64,000 nt of DNA. Origin: an uncultured Planctomycetota bacterium (GTDB lineage Bacteria; Planctomycetota; JAJSAM01; JAKLKS01). Shown here in pieces: positions 1 through 7,327 of the stretch; position 1 is the first letter of the stretch; each line of letters begins with the position of its first letter. The stretch lies in contig CAYJMF010000001.1 of the NCBI GenBank assembly GCA_964370855.1, positions 133,167 through 197,166 on the forward strand, in the 5' to 3' direction. Below the pieces are notes generated by a model. The model searched no databases, had not been told where the DNA came from, and worked only from the letters and a program-made list of their open reading frames with translations. Both the position numbers and the translations under genes were made by a program.

Positions 1-1
1 C

Positions 2-1066
2 CTGCTTCTCGCCCTCGGTAGGCTCCTCGGAGAGGCCGTCCGCGGAGCGGCCGCCTCGGCGGCGGCGTTTCTCGCCCTCGCGGGCGGCGTCGCCAGCCTG
101 GCGCTCCTCTGCCGGATCGCCGCCGGCTCCGTCCCGTTCTGCCCGCTCTGCCTCGTCGTCCACGGGCTCGGCCTCGCGGCCGTCGTTCCGATCCTCCGCT
201 GGAGAGGGCGGCCGGTCGCCGAGATCCTCCGCGACGGGAAGGGGGCGGCCGCCTGGCTGCTGGGCCGGGAGGTCGAGCGGCCCGAAGCCGTCCCCCTCCG
301 CGCCCTGACCTTCGCCTGCACCGGCCTCGTCGCCGTGATCCTCTACCAGTGGATCCTCATCGAGGGAGACCGCGCCCTCCTCCGCGGCAAGGACGTGAAC
401 CCGGAGAAGGTCGTCGCCCTGTTCGCCGAGACCCCGGTGATGGACGTCCCCGTCGCCGCCGACGATCCCTCCCTCGGGCCCGCGACGGCGCGCTCGACCC
501 TCGTCGTATTCAGCGACGCCTTCTGCCCCTCCTGCCGCGGCTTCTGGAGCGCGCTCCCCCGCGTCGCCGGGCGCCACGGGAGGGACCTGCGGGTGGTGTT
601 CAAGCACTTCCCCCTCGACCCCGCGTGCAACTCGATGTCGGAAAGGGGGATCCATCCCCACGCCTGCGCCGCGGGCGTCGCCCTCGAGGCGGCGCGGAAG
701 CAGGACAAGTTCTGGCAGTTCCTGGCCGTGGTCGAATCCCCCCGCCCCCAGGGGAAAGGGGAGGACGTCTTCCTCAAGGCCGCGAAGGCCGTGGGGCTCG
801 ACATCGACCGATTCCAGGCCGACATCCAGGACCCGGCCGGACGGGCCCGCCTCGAGCGGGATGTGGCCCTCGGCCAGCGCCTCGGCGTCGAGGCGACGCC
901 GACGATGTTCCTCGACGGGCGCCGGATCGAGAACGCCACCCCGAAGGTGATCGAGATCCTGCTCGCCCACCTCCTCGGCAAGGGGAGGCCGGACGGAGCG
1001 GGGGAGCCGGAGGGGCACGACGATCACGAGGGCCACGACGGGTCCCGGGACGACGGGCACCGCTGA
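2..1066 (+). CDS. VKOR-like membrane domain fused to a DsbA-like thiol:disulfide oxidoreductase (5' end outside the window)
   Basis: Frame 2 is open from the window edge into listed ORF 335..1066. The upstream part translates to hydrophobic helices with a CxxC inside a helix (SVPFCPLCLVVHGLGLAAV, VKOR-like). The listed part has a second redox motif, FCPSCRGF, a 'EATPTMFLDGRRI' segment and the helical insert typical of DsbA-family proteins. It ends in a His/Asp-rich tail. Confidence 0.8.
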   Translation: MLLALGRLLGEAVRGAAASAAAFLALAGGVASLALLCRIAAGSVPFCPLCLVVHGLGLAAVVPILRWRGRPVAEILRDGKGAAAWLLGREVERPEAVPLRALTFACTGLVAVILYQWILIEGDRALLRGKDVNPEKVVALFAETPVMDVPVAADDPSLGPATARSTLVVFSDAFCPSCRGFWSALPRVAGRHGRDLRVVFKHFPLDPACNSMSERGIHPHACAAGVALEAARKQDKFWQFLAVVESPRPQGKGEDVFLKAAKAVGLDIDRFQADIQDPAGRARLERDVALGQRLGVEATPTMFLDGRRIENATPKVIEILLAHLLGKGRPDGAGEPEGHDDHEGHDGSRDDGHR

Positions 1067-1208
1067 GCCCCCGCCGGTGGCCCCGCGGGAGGGGAGAGAG
1101 GGAGTTGCGGACGCGCGCGGGGTCCCCGCTTCCGCGGCCTCCCTCCGCAACCGCGGCTTCGCGAGCGCGCTGGTGCTCCGTGCATCGGCGGAGGCGCGGG
1201 CGGCGAGT

Positions 1209-1225
1209 GTATCCCTTGGTGATAC
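1209..1225. repeat. GTATC-N7-GATAC palindrome, copy a
   Basis: GTATC ccttggt GATAC. Coordinates were checked against the codons of ORF 1077..1391 (..SVSLGDT..). It lies in the convergent gap between the DsbA-like gene and the GNAT gene. It is one of four sites with identical architecture. Confidence 0.6.
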
Positions 1226-1263
1226 GCAGCGTCGACCGCCTCGGCTTCGTCGGGGGGCCTCCC

Positions 1264-1851
1264 CTACCCGCCGCCGCCGGGGACCGCGATGTCGACGGCG
1301 ACCTCCGGGGACCGCACCTCCCCCGGATCCGCCACCCGCGGCCCGAGGGGCCGCTCCCAGAATCCGACGTCGTGCCACGTTCCGAACTTGAAGCCCACGG
1401 CCCGGAAGACGCCGACGGGCGAGAGCCCCGTCGCCTCGTGGAGGCGGACGCTCGCGGGGTTCGGCAGGGTGATGCCGGCGACGGCGGTGCGGAACCCCTG
1501 CGCCTCGAGCAGCGGGAAGAGGACGCCGTAGAGCGTCCGGCCCACGCCGCGGCCCCGGGCCCCCTCGGCGACGTACACCGAGGTCTCCACGGTGAAGCGG
1601 TAGGCGGGCCGGTCCCGGAAGGGGGAGCCCCAGGCGAAGCCGAGGACCTTCCCCCCCTCCTCGTGGACGAGGCAGGGCGCGAACCCGCGCCGCGCCGCCA
1701 GGCGCGCGCGGAACTCCTCCGCGCCGGGGGGGACGAGTTCGAAGGAGATGGCGGTGTCGCGGACGACGGGGTCGTAGATCGCGGCCATCGCCTCCGCGTC
1801 CCCCGGGAGGGCGGTGCGGATGCGGGCGGCGCGGGAGGGCTGCGGGGCCAT
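1264..1851 (-). CDS. GNAT N-acetyltransferase, phosphinothricin/methionine-sulfoximine acetyltransferase-like
   Basis: This is the inner part of ORF 1264..2493(-). The start is taken at ATG 1851 (MAPQPSRAARIRTALPGD..); an alternative ATG is at 1863. It has the acetyl-CoA loop 'VYVAEGARGRGVGRTLY'. 'IYDPVVRDTAISFE' and 'FKFGTWHDVGFWE' fit the PAT-type GNAT pattern. Confidence 0.85.
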   Translation of the reverse strand: MAPQPSRAARIRTALPGDAEAMAAIYDPVVRDTAISFELVPPGAEEFRARLAARRGFAPCLVHEEGGKVLGFAWGSPFRDRPAYRFTVETSVYVAEGARGRGVGRTLYGVLFPLLEAQGFRTAVAGITLPNPASVRLHEATGLSPVGVFRAVGFKFGTWHDVGFWERPLGPRVADPGEVRSPEVAVDIAVPGGGG

Positions 1852-1918
1852 GGGACGGCGCATCCTATCCGGCGGCCGAGGGATGGCAAGCGGGAGCCTC
1901 ACGGGGTAGAACCTCCCC

Positions 1919-2476
1919 ATGGCCCGCATGGTCGCGCTGCTCCGCGGCATCAACGTCGGCGGGCACCGGAAGGTGCCCATGGCAGACCTCCGCGCCCTCG
2001 CCGGTGAGCTGGGCTTCCGCGACGAGATGACCTGGATCCAGAGCGGCAATCTCGTCTTCGGATCCCCCCTCGGCCCGGATGCCGCCGCGGCGAAGCTCGC
2101 GCGGGGAATCGAGGAGCGGTTCGGCTTCCCCGTGGACCTCGTGGTCCGGACCGGGGAGCAGTGGAAGAAACTCGCCGCCGGGAACCCCCTCCCGGATGAA
2201 TCCGCCTCCGCGCCGGACCGCGTGATGCTCCTCCTGTCGCGGGAACCCCCGCTCCCCGGCGCCGCCGCCGCCCTCCGCGAGCGGGCCCGGGACGGCGAGC
2301 GCATCGAGGCCGCCGCCGGCGCCCTCTGGATCCACCACCCCGGGGGGGCCGGGAAGTCCCGCCTGTCGCCGGCTCTCGTGGACCGCCTCGTCGGCTCCCC
2401 GACGACGGCGCGGAACTGGACCACGGTGCGGGCGATCGGGGAGCTGCTCGAGGGGCGGATCCCGTCGAAGCGGTGA
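1919..2476 (+). CDS. DUF1697 family protein
   Basis: ATG start. 'MVALLRGINVGGHRKVPMADLRAL' at the N-terminus and 'TARNWTTV' near the C-terminus are the hallmark motifs of DUF1697. Length is 185 aa. Confidence 0.85.
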   Translation: MARMVALLRGINVGGHRKVPMADLRALAGELGFRDEMTWIQSGNLVFGSPLGPDAAAAKLARGIEERFGFPVDLVVRTGEQWKKLAAGNPLPDESASAPDRVMLLLSREPPLPGAAAALRERARDGERIEAAAGALWIHHPGGAGKSRLSPALVDRLVGSPTTARNWTTVRAIGELLEGRIPSKR

Positions 2477-2563
2477 CGGGCATCGCACCACATTGACCGC
2501 GGGGAGTTGCAGAGCGGGGGAGCCTGTCACCGACCCGGTCGCCGATCGCGCGGGGATCCACCC

Positions 2564-2593
2564 ATTGCATATGCATTTGCACATGCATGAATC
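2564..2593 (+). promoter_or_regulatory. Candidate promoter/operator of the Phd/YefM gene (TGCA x4 at 6-nt phase)
   Basis: Locally AT-rich ATTGCATATGCATTTGCACATGCATGAATC. TGCA cores sit at 2566, 2572, 2578 and 2584, exactly 6 nt apart. It contains the palindromes TGCATATGCA and CATGCATG. TTGCAT-17 nt-TGAATC could act as -35/-10. It ends 58 nt upstream of the antitoxin start. Confidence 0.35.
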
Positions 2594-2651
2594 ACGGGTA
2601 CACTCCGGCCGTTCGGCGACGGCCCCCGCATCGGACCACGGAGGAGATCCC

Positions 2652-2897
2652 GTGAAGACGGTCAGCGTGCGAGACCTCCAGAAGACCCTGCGCAAGCGGG
2701 TCGAGGAGAGCCAGAAGGAGCGCGTGGTCGTGACCCGGCACGGGCACCCGGCCGCGATCCTGATCGGGGTCGAGGGGATGGACTGGGAGCAGGTCCTCCT
2801 CCAGACCGACGCCGCCTTCTGGCGGATGATCCAGGCCCGCCGGAAGGAGAGGGCCGTCCCCCTCGCCAAGGTGAAGAAGCGGCTCGGAATCCGGTAG
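2652..2897 (+). CDS. Phd/YefM-family type II antitoxin (no cognate toxin gene adjacent)
   Basis: GTG 2652 lies in frame inside ORF 2493..2897, with GGAGGAG ending 5 nt upstream. The 81-aa product 'VKTVSVRDLQKTLRKRVEESQKERVVVTRHGHPAAILIGVE..' fits the Phd/YefM N-terminal pattern (..ItrhG.P.AvL..). Confidence 0.75.
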   Translation: MKTVSVRDLQKTLRKRVEESQKERVVVTRHGHPAAILIGVEGMDWEQVLLQTDAAFWRMIQARRKERAVPLAKVKKRLGIR

Positions 2898-2900
2898 GGA

Positions 2901-2931
2901 GGCATTGCCCGGGTCCGGCCCGGGTGATGCC
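2901..2931. terminator. GC-rich hairpin between convergent genes
   Basis: ggcat-tg-cccggg-tccgg-cccggg-tg-atgcc. It lies directly after the antitoxin stop (2895-2897) and before the stop of the minus-strand gene at 2964. There is no U-tract, so function is inferred from position only. Confidence 0.3.
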
Positions 2932-2963
2932 ACGGCGGCCGGGACGACCCTCCCACCGGAGCG

Positions 2964-5900
2964 CTACTCCACGCGCACGACCCCGCCCGCCGGCACCTCG
3001 AACTCCCGAACCACCGTCCAGCCCCGCGGGTCGTTCCACGAGGTGGACACCTTCGGAATGCGGCGGACGAGCCGGACGCGACCCGCGGGCATCCGGGGGA
3101 CGGCGAACTTCCCGTCCGCCCCCGCCGTCACGACGGCGGAGGCCCAGCGCCCCCCCTCCCCCTCCCACACGCAGGCGAAGGGCGCCAGCGAGGCGTCGAC
3201 CGTCCCCTCCACCCGGCCGAGGGGGAGCTCCAACATCCACGGGTTCTCCCCGGGCAGGAGTTCCACCGCGTCGAAGACGCGGAGGATCCCCTCGGGACCG
3301 CCAAGCGCCACCCGCCACGGGCCCGGAGCGGCGGCGGGAATCGAAAAGACCCCGTCGGCGCCGAGGGTGGCTGTCGCCGGGATCGCGGCGTAGGTCGCGT
3401 CGGGAATCGCGTCCACGGGGGAGAGGAGCCCCGCCGTCCAGCCCGCCGCGCCGCCGGGACCCTCCACGGACAGCCGCCCGCGGAGGACCGCCACCCCTTC
3501 CCCCGTCAGGTCGAGATCGCGCGTGACGGTGCGCCCCTCCTCCACGGCGCAGTTCCACCGGAACTCGCTCGTGCCGGGCCCGAAGGCCCCGCCGTCCCGC
3601 GCGGGCACGAGGCGGTCGTACTGCTGGAGGATCCAGGGCCCGGGGAGGAGCCCCTCGAAGCGGTAGCGCCCGTCGGCCCCCACGCGGAGGGACCGCGGTC
3701 GGGCGTCCCCGCGGTGGAGGGCCACGATGACCCCGTCGGGGCTCCGCCCCGCCGGCATCCGGACCTCTCCCGTGAGTGTCCCGCCCCGCCCGAGGGGAAT
3801 CTCGATGCCGGACACGCCGCCGGCGGGATCGAAATCGAAGGGCCCCGCCTCCGCCGGCGCGAAGCCGTCGGCCTCGACGCGGACCACGTATCGACCGGCG
3901 TTCTTCAGCGGCAGGGTGAACGCCCCCTCCGGTCCGGAACGCGCCTCGGCCTTGGGGTCGGGGTACCAGCGGAGGGGGAGCCCGTCCACGGTGGCCTTGG
4001 ACCCCGCTCCCACGACGGACAACGCCGCCACGCGGGCCCCGGGCACAGGGCTCTCCCCGTCGAGAACCCGCCCCTCGAGGGCGGCGACGGGATCGAGAAC
4101 GCACTCCACCGCGTCGGGCCCGGTGAGGGGGTCGAAGGGGCCGAGTTCCCGGTCCGCGAAGCCGGGGGCGCTCACCTCGATCTTGAAGGGGAAGCCCGGC
4201 GCCAGGAACTCCGCGGTGCCCTCATGATGCTCCCCCGGCGGGACGCCGAAGAAGGAGTCAAAGCGGACCGCAGCGGGAGTCAGGTGGGCGCGCCACGAGA
4301 TGACGGGCTCCCCGGTCCGGCTCCTGATCGAAAGTGCCACGCGGCGCGGCGCCGGGAACCTCATCTCGACGTCCCGATCCCCGGGATGGAGAGGCCAGGC
4401 GAGGGATGCTCCCCAGCGCCGATAGGGGTCCTTCACGAGCAAAGTGACCGTTCCCTGGTAGGCGGTGGGTATGCGGAACCGGCCGTCGGGCCCCCTATCC
4501 ACCTTCTGCGTGTTCAACCTGCCGGGTGCCTCGATGTGGGCGGAGAAGTCCAACGGATCCTTCAGGACGGTTCCATCGGGTGCCAGGACTCGCCCCTCCA
4601 CCCAGTCCTCGGGCCGCTCCGTTTCGATGCGAAGGTCCGTCCGCGCCTCCGTCCCGGCGCCGACCTCCACGGGATCGCTGCGCCCCGCGCGGTAGCCCGT
4701 ACGCCCCGCCCAGAGGTGCACCGTGCCCGCGGGCACGCCCTCCAGCAGGAACCCTCCCGTCCCGTCCGTGGCAGCGGGAACCCCGTGCGTGAGAATCTCC
4801 CGCCCGAGGAGGCGCCGCTCCTCGACGGGGCCCTTCGCACGTTCCGTCGCCTCCAGCCCGACCCACGCATCGGCAACCGGGGCGCCCTCCCCGTCGAGGA
4901 CCCGGCCGGCGATGGAGCCACCGGGACCGAGGGGGATGTCGCCGAGGGCCAGTTCCCGCTCCGCCACCACCCTGACGGCGAGGGCCCGGGTCTCCCTCCC
5001 GACGGCGGCCACGACCAGGGTGACGCGGTACTCCGTCTCCGGCCGCTTCCGCCATCCGGCCATGGGCGGCAGGGCGACGGCGAGCCGGCAGACGCCGTCC
5101 GGCCCCGTCCGCGCGCTCCCCTCGCCGTCCCCGGGCAGGATCGAGATCCGGGCACCTTCGATCGCCCTCCCCGTCTCCTCCACCACGCGCCCCGTCACCG
5201 TGAAGGGGATGCTCTCCGCCTTGAAGGAGGGTCCGCGCGGCTCGACGGGGGCGATGGCCGGGGGGGCGAGGGCCCCGGTTGAATCCCCGGGAGTCGGCCC
5301 CTTCCCCCCGGTCCCCTCCCCAAGAGCCGGGTCCGCTGTCCTATGGGGCCGGGGGGAATCCCCCGGCCCCCGCCAGAGGAGCCCCGCCGCGATAAGCACG
5401 CCCCCCGCCCCCCCCCCCGCCTTCGCCGCGGTCCCCATGAGAAGCCCTCCTCCCGTCGCCGCCGCCGCGGCCCCTCCCGCGGTTCCGGCCGCGGTCGGTA
5501 CTCCCTGTTCGCGCGCCAGCGGCAGCACGATCGCCATCCACGCTGCGCGATTCCCGCCGTTCTCCGCGTCGAGCCGCTCCCGAAGGAGTTCGAGGGCCCG
5601 CTTCAGCCGCCAGCGCACCGTCCCCTCCGGCGTTCCCTGGCGCCGCGCGATCTCCACGGAGGACATCCCCTCGTGGAAGCGGAGGAGGACCGTCGATCGA
5701 AACGGCTCCTCCAGGCCGGCGACGAGGGCCGCGAGCCGGCGCGCCGTCTCGAGGCGGGACGCCAGCTCCTCCGGCGACGGAAGCGGGGAGCGCTCCGGCC
5801 GGGCGGCGGCCTCCTCCCTCCGCTCCCTCCGGCCCGACTCGCGGAGGTCACGCCTGCGGAAGTTGCGCAGGACCGTGGCGAGCCAGGGGCGGACCGGTCC

Positions 5901-6056
5901 CCGGTCGTCGGGCGGGTGCTCCAGGGCGGCGAGCCAGGTCTCCTGGACCAGGTCGTCGGCGGCCGCGGAGTCCCGCACGAGGGACGCGGCGAAGGCCCGG
6001 ATCCACCCGGCGTGGGCCAGGAGGTCCTCGATCCGGACGGGAGCGGGCTCGGGCAT
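2964..6056 (-). CDS. ECF sigma factor fused via a hydrophobic segment to a ~800-aa CarboxypepD_reg-like repeat ectodomain
   Basis: ATG 6056. The N-terminal ~165 aa carry sigma-70 region 2 (DDLVQETWLAALEH, RPWLATVLRNF) and region 4 (STVLLRFHEGMSSVEIARRQGTPEGTVRWRLKRALELLRERL). A Gly/Ala-rich hydrophobic stretch follows (GGLLMGTAAKAGGGAGGVLIAAGLLW). The rest is repeated 'GRV(V/L)..G.P..GA.V .. DG.F.I.GL..G' modules. Confidence 0.85.
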   Translation of the reverse strand: MPEPAPVRIEDLLAHAGWIRAFAASLVRDSAAADDLVQETWLAALEHPPDDRGPVRPWLATVLRNFRRRDLRESGRRERREEAAARPERSPLPSPEELASRLETARRLAALVAGLEEPFRSTVLLRFHEGMSSVEIARRQGTPEGTVRWRLKRALELLRERLDAENGGNRAAWMAIVLPLAREQGVPTAAGTAGGAAAAATGGGLLMGTAAKAGGGAGGVLIAAGLLWRGPGDSPRPHRTADPALGEGTGGKGPTPGDSTGALAPPAIAPVEPRGPSFKAESIPFTVTGRVVEETGRAIEGARISILPGDGEGSARTGPDGVCRLAVALPPMAGWRKRPETEYRVTLVVAAVGRETRALAVRVVAERELALGDIPLGPGGSIAGRVLDGEGAPVADAWVGLEATERAKGPVEERRLLGREILTHGVPAATDGTGGFLLEGVPAGTVHLWAGRTGYRAGRSDPVEVGAGTEARTDLRIETERPEDWVEGRVLAPDGTVLKDPLDFSAHIEAPGRLNTQKVDRGPDGRFRIPTAYQGTVTLLVKDPYRRWGASLAWPLHPGDRDVEMRFPAPRRVALSIRSRTGEPVISWRAHLTPAAVRFDSFFGVPPGEHHEGTAEFLAPGFPFKIEVSAPGFADRELGPFDPLTGPDAVECVLDPVAALEGRVLDGESPVPGARVAALSVVGAGSKATVDGLPLRWYPDPKAEARSGPEGAFTLPLKNAGRYVVRVEADGFAPAEAGPFDFDPAGGVSGIEIPLGRGGTLTGEVRMPAGRSPDGVIVALHRGDARPRSLRVGADGRYRFEGLLPGPWILQQYDRLVPARDGGAFGPGTSEFRWNCAVEEGRTVTRDLDLTGEGVAVLRGRLSVEGPGGAAGWTAGLLSPVDAIPDATYAAIPATATLGADGVFSIPAAAPGPWRVALGGPEGILRVFDAVELLPGENPWMLELPLGRVEGTVDASLAPFACVWEGEGGRWASAVVTAGADGKFAVPRMPAGRVRLVRRIPKVSTSWNDPRGWTVVREFEVPAGGVVRVE

Positions 6057-6152
6057 CCTCGAACATCATGCCGCCGGGGGCGGGATCGTTGGCGGCCGCA
6101 TCGGAACGGCCGGGGTGAAGAGGGCGGGCCGCCGTGGTAATCTCGGGGCATC

Positions 6153-6899
6153 GTGGCCACGGCGACCCGACCCCGTCCGGATGCGGCGCGCTTCTCCTCC
6201 ATCGAGGACCCCCGGGAGATTCCCGCCTACGGAATCCCGGAGGCGGCCCTCTACCTGCGGATCCCCCGCGCCACGCTCCGGTCCTGGGTGTTCGGACGCC
6301 CCTACCGCGTGAAGTCCGGGGCGGCCCGGTTCGAACCTCTCATCCGGCCCGCCTCGGAGGACGGGGTGCGGCTCCTGTCGTTCATGAACCTCGTCGAGGC
6401 CCACGTCCTGTCCGCCATGCGCCAGGAGTTCGGAGTGGACCTCGCCGCCGTTCGACGGGCCCTCGATTTCCTCGAGAAGAGGAGGCCGTCGAAGCATCCC
6501 CTTGCCGACAGGTCCTTCGAGACGGACGGGCAGGACCTGTTCATCCGCGAGCTCGGACAGCTCGTGGCCGCCTCCGACGACGGCCAAAGGGGGATGCGCG
6601 AGGTCCTCGACGCGCACCTGAAGAGAATCGTCCGCGACGAGCGGGGCGCGGCCCTGCGCCTGTTCCTGTTCACGCGGGGCGGGGTCCACGCGCCCGACGC
6701 CCCGCGGGTGGTGCTCGTGGACCCGGGGGTCTCCTTCGGCCGCCCGGTACTGGCGGGGACGGGCATCCCGACCGCCGTGATCGCGGAGAGGTTCAAGGCG
6801 GGGGAGGCCATCGCCGACCTGGCCGCCGACTACGACCGGAGCCCCGGGGACATCGAGGAGGCCCTCCGGTGTGAGCAGTCCTTCCAGCGGGCCGCCTGA
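6153..6899 (+). CDS. HTH + DUF433 domain protein (antitoxin-like)
   Basis: The N-terminal part has an excisionase/MerR-like HTH (IPEAALYLRIPRATLRSWV). The C-terminal 'GRPVLAGTGIPTAVIAERFKAGEAIADLAADYDRSPGDIEEAL' matches the DUF433 pattern. Confidence 0.75.
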   Translation: MATATRPRPDAARFSSIEDPREIPAYGIPEAALYLRIPRATLRSWVFGRPYRVKSGAARFEPLIRPASEDGVRLLSFMNLVEAHVLSAMRQEFGVDLAAVRRALDFLEKRRPSKHPLADRSFETDGQDLFIRELGQLVAASDDGQRGMREVLDAHLKRIVRDERGAALRLFLFTRGGVHAPDAPRVVLVDPGVSFGRPVLAGTGIPTAVIAERFKAGEAIADLAADYDRSPGDIEEALRCEQSFQRAA

Positions 6900-7290
6900 C
6901 GAACCGGTCTTCTGCATCGACGAGGCCCTCGGGAAGAGGGTCGTTCCCGACGCCCTCCGCACGGCGGGGGTGCGCGTGGAACTCCTCATCGATCACCACC
7001 CGCGGGGGACGGCCGATGCCCTGTGGCTCCCCGATATCGGCCGCCGCGGGTGGGTGGTCCTGACGAAGGACAAGAACATGAAGCGCCGCCCCGCGGAGCA
7101 GCTCGCGGTGGTGAGGAACGGCGTCCGCGCCTTCTCCCTCACGACGGGCGACCTGACGGGACCGGAGATGGCGGACGCGTTCCTCCGCGCGATGCCGTCG
7201 ATCCGGAGGCTCCTCCGGCGCCACCCCGGCCCCTTCATCGCCTCGGTGACGCGAGCCGGACGCGTGGAGATCGTCTACCCGGCGGTATGA
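6871..7290 (+). CDS. PIN-like / DUF5615 (Mut7-C-like) domain protein, putative toxin partner of DUF433
   Basis: GTG 6871 overlaps the upstream gene by 29 nt. 'VFCIDEALGKRVVPDALRTAGVRVELL.. ADALWLPDIGRRGWVVLTKDKNM' fits the DUF5615 pattern (..DE.L..l...L...G..v.... D..i...a...g.vlvTkDkdf). Confidence 0.65.
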   Translation: MSSPSSGPPDEPVFCIDEALGKRVVPDALRTAGVRVELLIDHHPRGTADALWLPDIGRRGWVVLTKDKNMKRRPAEQLAVVRNGVRAFSLTTGDLTGPEMADAFLRAMPSIRRLLRRHPGPFIASVTRAGRVEIVYPAV

Positions 7291-7327
7291 GACGGGCACC
7301 GCCCTCCTTCGAGCCGTTCCCCCCGGC

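Noticed and set aside
2493-2651. N-terminal extension of the antitoxin ORF (MTAGSCRAG..HPLHMHLHMHESRV..)
   Set aside because: The extension runs through the AT-rich TGCA operator-like element. The His/Met/Leu repeat is just the translation of the TGCA periodicity. A GTG with a strong GGAGGAG RBS at 2652 gives a normal-length Phd/YefM protein.
2905-3393. ORF immediately downstream of the Phd/YefM antitoxin, considered as its missing toxin
   Set aside because: It is antisense to the 3' end of the sigma-fusion gene. It has Pro/Thr/Arg/Ser-rich low-complexity translation and no resemblance to Doc, YoeB, RelE or ParE-type toxins.
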